A stretch of DNA of 56,896 bases, counting the filler, from Sphacelaria rigidula (taxonomy: Eukaryota): NCBI GenBank assembly GCA_964200075.2. It is 7 parts of 7 records of this genome, joined end to end, with 100 filler letters (N's around TTAATTAATTAA, not from the genome) between each part and the next. Parts side by side here need not be neighbours in the genome. Positions count along the whole stretch, not along the records: positions 1 to 8,043 come from CAXNAA020012527.1; positions 8,144 to 16,186 come from CAXNAA020012528.1; 5 more parts are not named here. The stretch is one strand, 5' to 3'. Positions 1-10,333 of the stretch are shown here, piece by piece. The notes under the pieces were generated by a model. It did not search any database and had not been told where the DNA came from. It saw nothing but the letters and a program-made list of their open reading frames with translations. Every line of letters starts with the position of its first letter. The stretch's first letter is position 1. Made by a program: the position numbers and the translations under genes.

Positions 1-145
1 AACGTTGAAAATAACTGCGCCTCACTACCCAAGCTATACCCGATATTCAAGCAATGCTGAAAAGGACCACGCTCGCTGAAAGGAGTAAAATCCATGTTCA
101 ACCTTGCTCGAGTGTCTACCCAATCATGTGATGATAATCAAACTG

Positions 146-269
146 TACACTAAACTGAAGCAGTCTAATTCTACACTAAGTTCAAGTAGTTGATGATTAC
201 ACTAAGATCAAGTTGTTTACAAGTACACTAAAGTCAAGTAGTCTACCGCTACACTAAATTCAAGTAACT
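146..269. repeat. 26-bp-period array: ~19-bp conserved unit TACACTAA(A/G)NT(C/G)AAG(T/C)AGT plus 7-bp variable spacer, 5 copies
   Basis: TACACTAA starts at 146, 172, 198, 224 and 250, an exact 26-bp spacing. Spacers are CTAATTC, TGATGAT, TTACAAG and CTACCGC. Confidence 0.8.
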
Positions 270-1619
270 AGCGCAGGCTCGCCGCCCGGCGCCCAACCCC
301 CCCTGACGAACCCCCTTTTCCCTTTTTTGCCTCGATTTTTTTAACGTTGGGGGGTTATGTTCCTTTTAAAAAGAAAATGAACCACTCCTGGGTGAACGGT
401 TCAAAAGCGCAGTTCTCAGACGGATTTTTTTCAGTCTATAAGAAGCGGCCTAAAATGTGCCAAATATGCTTATTTTATTTTCCCTCGTTTTTTTCCTTCA
501 CATTTTTTCTTTTTGTGTGCGTTCTTTCTGTGTTTCCAGGTGTGAGGTATTATAAGTATCTCAGGTTAAATACCACGATTATGGGCACGATAACCCCATA
601 TTTAATTCAATACGGAGGTTTCTTCGTGCCTTCATGCCCTCTAATGACCTTTTACGTTAGCCTTCTGCTCAAAATGGAAGTACGTACGGCATAATGTGCT
701 CGTTTATTCCTGTTACAACACGGGATTTTACTCATTTTGGATGGAGTGTTTAATATGAGCATTGGGAACGTTCACAAGCGAGCATCGAAGCTTTCGGGAG
801 GAAATGCAAATACACTCTCCGACGTTGATGTGTGGCCTCGCTCACTTGGAAGAAAAAAGCACACCTGGTAAAATGCCGCGTTTAGTATGAACAATTACAC
901 AAATTCCACCTTCGTTCATTCCCGTAAAAAAAAAGTGTTTCCACTTTTCAGAACCCCCTGTTAGCAAGGGACTTGACAAATGACGGATTTTCTTTTTTCA
1001 GGATGAGCGAGGCCACACATCGCGACCGAAGGGCGCGTTTGCATTTTTCTCGAAAATGGTTCGATTTTTTTCAAGGTTTCGAACGCCCATCCTCGAACAC
1101 AAATCCATCCCCGAATTGTGGAATCCCGTGTTTGATACTCGTGACTCTGCTGGAAATGCTGCAAAGTAGTTCTGGTTGTGCTCCCTTTTGCGAATCTGCC
1201 TTTTGTTTTGACTTGGTGCAGATATACTCCTTTTTCTGCCAGCAGAATGGACAAGGCTCTATAATAGTATAGTCATGGTCGGGTTGTGTCAAACCCGGGG
1301 ACGTTTGTCTCTGCTGGGCTAGAAAATCTTGATTGCCGCTCGCCAATTTTAATGAGAAACTAAGCCTTTTGAAACCCATTGACGATTTTTGTTGTTGTGA
1401 ACCAGCATAATTTTCAGTCAGTTTCAAGTCAAAATGATGCCGATTCATAGAAACAAAAATCGCCAATGGGTTCCCAAAGGGTTGAACAAGATAGCCCATT
1501 TTCTCGCCTCCGGCGGCGCCTCGCACGGCCCCCCCCTCGCCAGCCAGCGGGGACCATTGAGGGCTTGCACAGCGAGCGGACTCGGCTACGCCCGCCCGCG
1601 CAGTGTGCGAGCCTGCGCT
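270..1619. mobile_element. Degenerate long inverted-repeat (foldback) element, non-coding
   Basis: AGCGCAGGCTCGC (270-282) is the reverse complement of 1607-1619. ATGTGTGGCCTCGCTCA (~828-844) pairs with TGAGCGAGGCCACACAT (~1004-1020), and AACACGGGATT (~717) pairs with AATCCCGTGTT (~1122). All are symmetric about ~925-945. Confidence 0.5.
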
Positions 1620-2323
1620 GCACTCGGCTTCGCCGAAATTCATCGAAATCCATCGAAGGCTGGGAATCTCGATATCGTGTCGAAGTGATGAGTGGATCTG
1701 TATCCAACGTCGTTACTGGCTCAACCCTTGGACCACGAGCGTCGCCTCGGAACAGTTGTACAGGCTGACAGTTCCGAGACATCCGGGGGTTTCCAGAGCT
1801 TGGGGGGGGGGAGCATCGGAGAAGCTCACGGAGTCAACCATGTCTGTTCAGAAGTTTCCCGCGGAAAGTTATAAGCCGTGCACGAGGCCCGAGAGACGCG
1901 GGATGACCATCCTCACCAATCACAGTAGTCAAAATGAGCACTTTTGTTACAGTAGAGGTAGACACCTGGTAGACACATTCGCTGCCTACCCTCATGACTC
2001 ATTTTGAGCATGCCAAATCAACAATGGATTATATAACCAAAAGGTATCGATCGGTTATCCAGAGGAGACCTACTCCGGCTGCGACCTATAGACATAATAT
2101 ACGCTAAACAGTATCCATAAGACGGAAGATTCTGCTGCTGTTATGAAACATGCGTAGTGCCGCCCACGGGAAGTGGCGTAACGCTCTCAGTTATTGCTCA
2201 ATAAACAACCTGAAAATATTGTACGAGAGGTTATATCCCGGCCCAACGTTTTACCCGGAGGCCGTGTGTGCGATGCTGACGCCATCGAGTCGAAAAATGA
2301 AATCATATCACTACAGTAGAAAC

Positions 2324-3445
2324 TAGAGTTGTGAACCGGTCTGGCGAACCAGTTGACTGCTTGCAAAAAATTACAACCAGTTACAGTTATCACTTAAAAC
2401 TGGATAACTGGCGGCGAAGCCGCCCCACGACTCTGCCAGCGGTGCCTGGCAAGGCAACGCGGCAAAGTCCCGTAAACGCCCCCCCCCCCCCCCCCCCCCC
2501 CCCCGGGGACCGCCCCCGGCCGCAAAAACACCCACACCAACACCACCACCCCTCCCCCCAAAAACAGAAGAANNNNNNNNNACTGGATAACGGGCGGCGA
2601 ACCCGCCCCCCGACCCTCCCCGCGGGGCCTGGCAAGGCAACGCGGCAAAGTCCCGTAAACCCCCCCCCCCCCCCCCGGCTGGTGAGAGGGCCCCGCCGGA
2701 GGCAATAAAACTACGCCATATCGCTTCACATCTCTTCAGAATCGAGGTGAATTCTAGCCACCTAGCGCCAGCAATTCGAGCACGTCATCGGTGAACAAAA
2801 ACAGACATGCCTGGGGGAAAAGGAGATATTACTGAACTTCGCGACGTGAATTAAAGAAACGAGGCGGTAAGACAGTAGTGCAGCATACGTCGCGTTCCGC
2901 GTGTACCACCCAAGCGCCAGGAACTACTAGTAACACGACAACTTGGTAACGTTATAGAATGTGGCTTCGTCAGACAGGAAAATTTAGGAGAAATCTCGAC
3001 TCTTCCTCATGCTTCGGTATCACATTGAGCAGCCACCGCTGAACGCTTAACGCTTGATGCTGACAGAAAAAAGCAATGCACACACAACAACGCTACGAAC
3101 CGCAGTATTGCTCCACATTTCAGAATCGCTCAATCAACAGCTGTCCGTGCCTATCCTCTGTTTATTTTTATTTTATAACTGTCTGCGATATTCGTGTCTA
3201 TATCTAGGTATGTGCGCTGTGCGGTCATCTACTCGCCTCTGTAATACCATCCCCACAGTCATTGTAGTCCAATACTTCAGAAATTTTGACTTGAGTTTGA
3301 CACATGTGTACACAGAACACTTTGTAGTATGACGCACATGTCGGGTAAAATAACTGGTTCAACTGGTTGCGAAACCCATCAGTTAACTCGTTGTACCAGT
3401 TAACTGTGACTGGTCAGTTAAACTGGCAGTCAGTTCGCAACTTTA
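2324..3445. mobile_element. Putative non-autonomous hAT-like DNA transposon
   Basis: Imperfect TIR TAGAGTTGTGAAC / GTTCGCAACTTTA. AACTGG/CCAGTT motifs cluster at both subtermini. The 8-bp flanks GTAGAAAC and CTAAAAAC match 6/8 and resemble a decayed TSD. Confidence 0.45.
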
Positions 3446-4416
3446 CTAAAAACCCTGTTTTCGGGTCGGTACTAGGATAGCAACGGTTTCTTATTTCCCT
3501 GACCTTCTTTGGAGTACAAACTCAGCGTACGTACTCACCAGCAATAAGGGTTGACCCTTGAGCGCCTGCGGCCAACTGATTGACTTGGTAGTCCCGCCGA
3601 TTCTTGGGGAATGGCAACTGTGTAGGCGTTTGTGGCCACTCGTTAGCCGTCGGGGCGCCAGCCAGTTTGTCTCTTGCGTGCTAGCTTTGATCAAAAGGAT
3701 TGCAGCCTCACGTGGTTGAGAGAGAGGATTAGGGGTGGTGTTGTAGGCCCTTTCTACCGACAGGTCAGCCGCGCAGGGGTGTGTGGGAAGGATAAGCTCA
3801 CCGCCACGGTTCGATGCGTCATCTCTGTGTGTAAAACAAAGTTGTCTTGATCCTCCTCGATTGGCCTTTGGGGGTTGGGGTAGAGGTGGGGGTGGGGAAG
3901 GAAATTTTGCAAAGCTCCGGCTCAAAATCGAAACATCACCGAACCACACCTTGTCGCGCCGCTTGCAGCACGTACATCGCGCACCAACCAAATATGTCAC
4001 GCCCTTGCAGTGTCCGGCAGCAAATAAATAGTTGTGTCTAATGAAGAGTGCGCAACTGTTGGTGTGATGATGGCTGTTGCGCTGTATTGTGCCGTGACGT
4101 GCGGCGCGTGTGTAGCAACGGCTTTCTCGTTTGTAGGCGTTATATCTCCACCGAAAGGAGCTATTCCGAACCCCGGCTGGTGAGAAGTGACAAGCCAGTT
4201 GGCCGTCGGGCGCTTGTAGCGGTCACCATTGTTTACCCCTGCATGAGAACGGTACATATCTAACCTGCGTACAGTAGTTGTACCCATAGTTTTGGTCGAT
4301 CACAGCCCAGAGGTTAGTTGGTTTTGTCGCATGTAGGTACTGTACTGCAGTGATAGCCAGAGTCACCCACCGCGCGCTGTACCTATCTCTTGGCCCTTGT
4401 GTTCTTTTCATCGCAG

Positions 4417-7261
4417 ACGAAAGCTCCATGGCAGCGGCGCACAGTTCAACATGAAGGTAGTTATCCGCGGAGAGCGAGGGGTGGGAAAGACCACGCTGTG
4501 GCGAAGGCTGCAAGGTCTTCCCTATGAGGAAAAGGTAGGAATATAGTGAGGCCTGTGGTGCAGTACAATGTACTCAGCGTACCTCCCTCTTGCTGGCATA
4601 TGATGAAACGTATGGGTACACACAAATAGATGCACCTGTTGTGGAGAGAATAGTACCCGGTAGGCGGAGCATATTACCACGAGAGACTGTTCAAGCACAG
4701 TGGCGAGCATGTGCTCTCCACCCTGGTTCAAGTGTGGGTGTACCAAGGATCAAGGCATGCCTTGCTTATGTCATCATACTTTTTATCAAGATTCGAGGTG
4801 TGCGCCGTACGGAATATGCTCCCGGAGCGGATTCCGGGTTTTGGGGCGTTATTTTCCAGAGAAATACAAGATGCAGACTGCAAAAGGTAGCACATGTCCG
4901 AATACCCGGAGCATCGCAGCGTGTTCAGTGCAGTTTGCGCATGCTTATCGCTGTGAACACTACGTCCAATCGCCCGCGTCGTGTCTTCTTTGGTCCGTTT
5001 TGCTGCGGGCAGTATACTCCCACACCAGAAATCCAGACGACGACCATCAACAATTGGGTGTATCGAGGAAGCGACGACGTCGTTAAAGTGGAGGTGGGTG
5101 CACCCCGGTCGGAAAGTACGGCTTGGTCGGGACACGGGGAGATTGTTACTCGATGGCAGTGTGCGAGGGCAACAACGGTCCAAGGGTGGTGACATGGAGT
5201 GTATGTGTACTCGTGGCATCGTACTCTACTTTCCCGCCTCTGTGCCTCATCGGGAGTGCCCTCTGCCTCGCCGTTCACCTGGTTTTGTCATTTTCCACGA
5301 CGTGAACAATGCACGTAGTTGCGAACTCTGCATCACCTTGAGGTGTACCGTCGGTTGATCGCTCTCTTTGAACAGGTCTGGGATGTGGTCGACCGTGGGT
5401 TTGCCCAAGGAGGTGTTGGTCGATTGCCCGAAGGTGGCAGCTTGGAGGACGCCGTCGCCGGTTTGCCCCCTGATAAGGATGCAGGTGAGTCGAACCGAAA
5501 ATATGTGCATGTGCACATGTGGCCGACTGTCACTGTGGCTTGTCCTTGTTGTGTCCGTTGTCGTGTCAAGTGCGCTACTCTTTGTTCCGTCCACCGCTTT
5601 TGTGCTGCTGGGCGAGTGTTGCTCGTGCATGCCAGTTTCTTGCCTATGTGCTTCACACGGTCGAAGTGATGAAATGTCTACCTGCGCACTTTCGGGTTTC
5701 CGCTTCTGCCAGGTCGTGGCGGACGCTCGCTGGCGGTGCTGGACGCAGCTGTGGTGAACGTGTACCAAGGAGCCAACGCTGTTATCTTCATGCTCGATCC
5801 GCATCGCCCAGGCACTCTGGCACACGTGAGCAATGTTGTCCGTGACGGGTCCTGCTTGTGCGGAGTCTCGCGTTTACACGCGAACCATCGGGTGCTCCTC
5901 CTCCTCCTCCTCCTCCTTCCCCGCCTTGTATGGTGAAAGGATTCCATACTTCCAAGTGTAGTGTGGCGCATTGGTTTTTCCCGACTGAATATGGACATAT
6001 CTTCTTTGTCCATGGCGTATCAATTCGTGACTTCCGTTGTTTCCTTCCTTTACGCTCGTGTGTCCAGGTGGAGAAAGCCCTTGCAGAGGCGCCCGTCAAC
6101 CTGCCAGCCGTCGTTCTCGTCAACTTTCGCGATAAATCCAACAGTCATCACACACAGCCTGAAGCCCCGACGGCGCCAAGGGCGCCCATGCCTGCAACTC
6201 CTGGTAGCAGCACCACTATGGCCGCGAAGGCCGACACGCCTCCGCCGACCCCTGCAGCGGCGCCAGCGCCAGCCGTTACGCCGCAAGAACCAGATGGAGA
6301 AACGGTGTCGCAGGTCCAGGGAGGCGATTCAGAAACGCAAGATTCGTCGGGTGGTTCTCCAGAAGGCGGCGACAAAACGGAAACGGAAGTAGCAGCGTCA
6401 GCGTCAATGCAACCGTCAGCACAGGTAGCAGGGGGAGCTAAGGATGATGAGGTAGACCCCCCACGGCCAACGACCAAGTTAAAGTTAGCGAACGATCAAG
6501 ATGCTAATCACGAAGTGATGGAAGTACGGGAAGTCGGGAGCGGGGGAGTAGCGGCGGCCGGAGGGGAGAGCGTAGGGCGCGTGGTGACGTTGGAAGAGGT
6601 TCGAGAAATGGTCGACAGGGTGACGAGGGCTGATGAGGCTGAGGGGAGGGGGGGACGCCGGCTCGTGAGCTTGTTCGACTGCTCTATGAAGAATTGCTTC
6701 GGGCTAAGAGTGAGAGATGTTACTGTCGTTTAAAGGAATGTGCCAACTGTAAGCGCGTGTTGTGTGTGCGTGTGTGCGTGCGCGTGTTTTTTATGGTTGA
6801 GCGCTTTTGAACGGGTACAGTGTGTGATCTGGCTTGGTGAACACCATGCGGAAGCACTCACCCGCCCTTCGACATATAGGGCTACTTTGTTTACCCTATG
6901 TCACGGTACGTTGCCACAGATGTGTTGCCGTTTGTTTCACTTATTGGGCAGTCGTGTTTGCACGGTAGACGGTATCGTTGCACAGAGTTCACAACCATTT
7001 TCATCTGTGTTTGATATGCTTGTCGTCTCTGTCTGCCCCGCTTCCCCATCCCCACGGTGCTTTTTCTTCCCGTGAAGGTTCTTTACACGTACTTGAACGT
7101 CCCTTTTTTAGAGCTGAAGCGGCAATCGCTGCTGCGACAGGCCAAGATAACCGCGGAGACACTAGAAAGAGAGGTTCGAGAGTTGGAGGGATTCATAGGC
7201 GGGCACAGCTACGACAACTACATGCAGCACCTACAGGCCACCGACTTGGATCCCACTGCAG
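4417..7261 (+). CDS. RABL6: Rab-like protein 6 (RABL6/RBEL1-like GTPase), partial; exons 4417-4534, 5013-5093, 5376-5484, 5713-5825, 6068-6709, 7078-7261
   Basis: GT-AG, phase-compatible exons give [39 protein letters not shown] / [27 protein letters not shown] / VWDVVDRG... / [20 protein letters not shown] / VLVNFRD...SMKNCFGLR / [21 protein letters not shown]. This matches recalled RABL6 motifs (YNMKIVIRGD..GKT, PTQEIQ, KVEVWDVVD, SMKNSFGL, NIPFLQLQR). The start exon and 3' exons were not located. Confidence 0.9.
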
Positions 7262-7729
7262 GTGCGTTGAGCTGCAGTGAGTCTTCCCATGTAAGGGTAT
7301 CGCGAGGGGGAGCAGTTTGATGCGGTACAGTGCAAGTAAAATTGGACTCAGTCTTGAAGCGGATCCGGCCCTACGTACCCGAGGAGTTATGGTGCTAGCC
7401 GATTTTAACCACCATAAAGTGAAGCCCTGTCGTGAATAGGATCGCCATGTTGTGGAGACACAGCTCTACCATGGTTTTTTAGGTCGAGAGAAACTGCCTT
7501 GCTCACGAAAACTATCTGATACAGGATATGCCTTCTTTATACGACCCGACAGCTGAAGGGAGGTATAGTGTCACAGTCAGGCCTCATGATGCGTACCGCC
7601 ATGTATTGTCGGTCGCCTTGCCGCCGTGCAAGGTCGCTCGTGCTATGAAGATACCGACCACTCTCGTACCGCTCAGATTGCTAACACCGTAGCGAAGAAC
7701 GATTACCCCCCCCTCCACGCCAAAACCCC

Positions 7730-8043
7730 TACGGGGTTGGCGTGGGTTTGCAATGACGCCGTTAAATCACGCCACTCACTGCGTAAGCTAGGCAACCAGG
7801 ATACCGACTTTTTTGCGCACTTGCGTTTTTTTTGCGGTAACCATGACGGTGGTCGAGCTAGATCATATTGTGCAGGGTGGGAGAACCTCGATTCCGCGCA
7901 AAGGAGATGGTCATACTACGTCGTCTTCAAATGACGAGACATCCAGGAGGCAGTGTGTAAGCGGTGGATGTATGTGGAAGTGGCGATACTAGAAAATGAA
8001 GCAACTCCTTGTAGGCTGTCATCCAAATGCAAGATAATCAGTA
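7730..8043. repeat. Dispersed repeat family (other copies 9075-9362 and, inverted and partial, ~40533-40590)
   Basis: Co-linear similarity GGGTTGGCGT...GTAAGCTAGGCA...TTTTTGCGGT...GGAGAACCTC...GAGGCAGTGT...GGCTGTCAT...ATCAGTA across independent contigs. Confidence 0.7.
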
Positions 8044-8143
8044 NNNNNNNNNNNNNNNNNNNNNNNNNNNNNNNNNNNNNNNNNNNNTTAATTAATTAAN
8101 NNNNNNNNNNNNNNNNNNNNNNNNNNNNNNNNNNNNNNNNNNN
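8044..8143. other. Artificial contig spacer (44N-TTAATTAATTAA-44N)
   Basis: Six-frame stop linker inside an N run. Identical spacers at 16187-16286, 24330-24429, 32473-32572, 40615-40714 and 48756-48855. Confidence 0.97.
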
Positions 8144-8197
8144 GGGCGGGGGGGGGAGAGTGCGCGTCCCCCCCCCCCACAAAAAAAAAGAAGCCCC

Positions 8198-8228
<31 letters not shown>

Positions 8229-9074
8229 ACCCTGTTTTTAGAAAATAGGTGTAGGTGTACTGTGATCGCAGATAGGGGTTATCCTGAAGTACTCGGAGTT
8301 GGGTTTAGTATCCCCGGTAAGCCTTGTTCGGTGAAGTCTGTTCCGAAAATATCAACAATAGAGTATATACTTCCGTGCCGTTCTATGGAATGGTACCATA
8401 CAGTAGAAGTACGTCAGTAATAGTTTGCTACTATGTCGTACTGTCGTGCTGTCGTACTGCGCCTTCCTCCCGCTCACCCCACAGTGGTTTACTGTAACTG
8501 TCAGTGATACTCAGCATCCAGAGGAGGCATCTATGATTATTTAGCGGCTGAGCATACGTTACCGGATATGATACCTTCAACGTGTTGAAAAATGTATCAT
8601 GTTCGTCGAGAGGTGTGATATCTCTCAGTTCTGGCATCATAACCCCCCTTCCCCCGCATTTATTCTTCCGACTTTTTTTCACATGATGTCCCAAAACTAC
8701 TATCGAAAAAGTAAGAAGGCCTCTGCAAGCCGTTCATTGGGTGAGGAGGACTCCAAGGCACACACACAAACAAGTGGTTTTATGACCTCTTCGTTTCCTG
8801 CACACACCCTAAAAGGGTGCGGCAAGGTCTCCAGTAAACTCCCGAAACTCAACCGCCTCACTGTTTTTTTTCAAATACCACATCGGTTCGACCTTTCTGA
8901 CTCGCGGTCAATAGTACCAATATCTCGGAAACAGTGCAAATCCGTGCTCTGACTCCGGGAAAGTGTAGTATACTTTCAAGGCATGAAGAAGTTCATTTTC
9001 AGAAGTCTGGCCACGTCTCTCAGCAAAATTACTCGGATGTCGAATACTTCCCTCCCTCCCCCGTCCTGCCTTCG

Positions 9075-9362
9075 AGGGTTGGCGTCGGTTGGCAACGGCG
9101 TTATAAAACACGCCACACTCACCGAGTAAGCTAGGCAGCTAGGTTATCGTTTTTTTTTGCGGTTACCGTGATGCTGGTTGAGTTGGATCATCTTGTGCGG
9201 GATGGAGAACCTCAACTCCGCGCGAAGGTGATGACTGTACTACGCAGTTTTTATATGGTGAGACACCCATGAGGCAGTGTAATGGGGCTGTCTCTGGAAG
9301 TGACCATACTATAAAACAAAGCAATTCATTGGAGGCTGTCATTCATGCGCCAGATGATCAGT
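9075..9362. repeat. Dispersed repeat, copy of 7730-8043
   Basis: Direct co-linear similarity to 7730-8043. Confidence 0.7.
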
Positions 9363-9792
9363 ACGCTTCGAGCTTAACAATCTCAGCACGATGCAGCTCA
9401 CCCTTCATGCGACTCTCTGAACACATAATGGCGCTTCGCGCGTGGTGACTGAGGGCGAGCCTGGTCCGGCGAGAACCCGGCGTGCTCCGTCCCGGCTTTG
9501 TAGGGATGCGAGGTCAACGGTCATATGACTACGGCATGCAAGATCATGAGTACAACCCCCCTCGCCCCCGGCCATATTTGAGCTTATTGAAGAAAATATT
9601 AGGTGTGGTACCGGATGTGAAAAATCTGCTACCCCTTGTGTTCGCCTTACTCTTCTGTTGGTACCCCCAATGAAGGAGATTGATCATGTCGTCTTCTTGT
9701 TAGTCATTATGTCGAGAGGTCGGATTTGTGTTCCTCGGCATATCCAACCAAAACCTTTTGCTGGAAAACACTGTCCGAAATCCAATTCCAAA

Positions 9793-9942
9793 GCTGGCCG
9801 TCCCGGTGGCTCAGTTGGTAACCTCGGAACCTTCTGGAGGATGGGTGGCGAGTTTTGGGATCTCGGAGCGATCTGGGATTTTTTCTCACAAAATGCCCAG
9901 CAGTGGAGGGCGACTTTGTCGTGGGTACACAATATTCGACTT
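9793..9942 (+). mobile_element. tRNA-derived SINE, 3'-truncated copy
   Basis: A-box-like TGGCTCAGTTGG followed by the body GAGCGATCTGGGATTTTT...CAGTGGAG.GCGAC...GGGTACACAA.ATTCG shared with 16814-17174. Confidence 0.6.
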
Positions 9943-10049
9943 GGGCCGCTTCTTATAGACCGAAAAAAATCACTGAGACAAGTCGATTCATTTTTTTCTG
10001 TTTCTCTTTTTTTCTGCAGTGAGCGTTTCACTTTTGTTGTGTCTTGTGT

Positions 10050-10130
10050 AGGTCTATCATGCGACCACGGGTGGATCCAGGGTGGGGGGTCAGTTAAAGT
10101 GCGACAATCAACAACAAAAAATCAACAAAA
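10050..10130 (+). mobile_element. Non-LTR retrotransposon (RTE-like) 3' tail with (CAA)n end
   Basis: GTCTATCATGCGACCACGG...GGGGGGTCAGTTAAAGTGCGACAATCAACAACAA, closely similar to 40443-40527. Confidence 0.55.
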
Positions 10131-10333
10131 AAATGTCGCGACTGCATCTTCCTTGCCCCTACAAGACTCTAAATCAAGCAAGCAAACAAACAAGAAGTTA
10201 TATATTGACTTTCCGCGTTGAAAGCGCCGTCCCGTGGAGCGAGAACATGCCATATCTTATTGCTCCCCCCGTTCGTCCTGCCCCTCCGTGCGTGCGCTCG
10301 GGGCCTTGCGTCATCCGACGGTGATTTGGCTAG

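Noticed and set aside
146..269. CRISPR array
   Set aside because: Spacers are only 7 bp, repeats are degenerate, no cas genes are present, and the context is eukaryotic.
2399..2700. Tandem duplication and Pro/Gly-rich ORFs around a 9-N gap
   Set aside because: The second copy is a corrupted version of the first next to poly-C tracts, typical of read errors or overlap at a scaffold gap.
7850..7880. VELDHIV peptide resembling an HNH endonuclease motif
   Set aside because: Short match inside a dispersed repeat, without the downstream N/H residues or a conserved long ORF.
8088..8099. Periodic TTAATTAATTAA motif as a biological site
   Set aside because: Synthetic six-frame stop linker embedded in N spacers.
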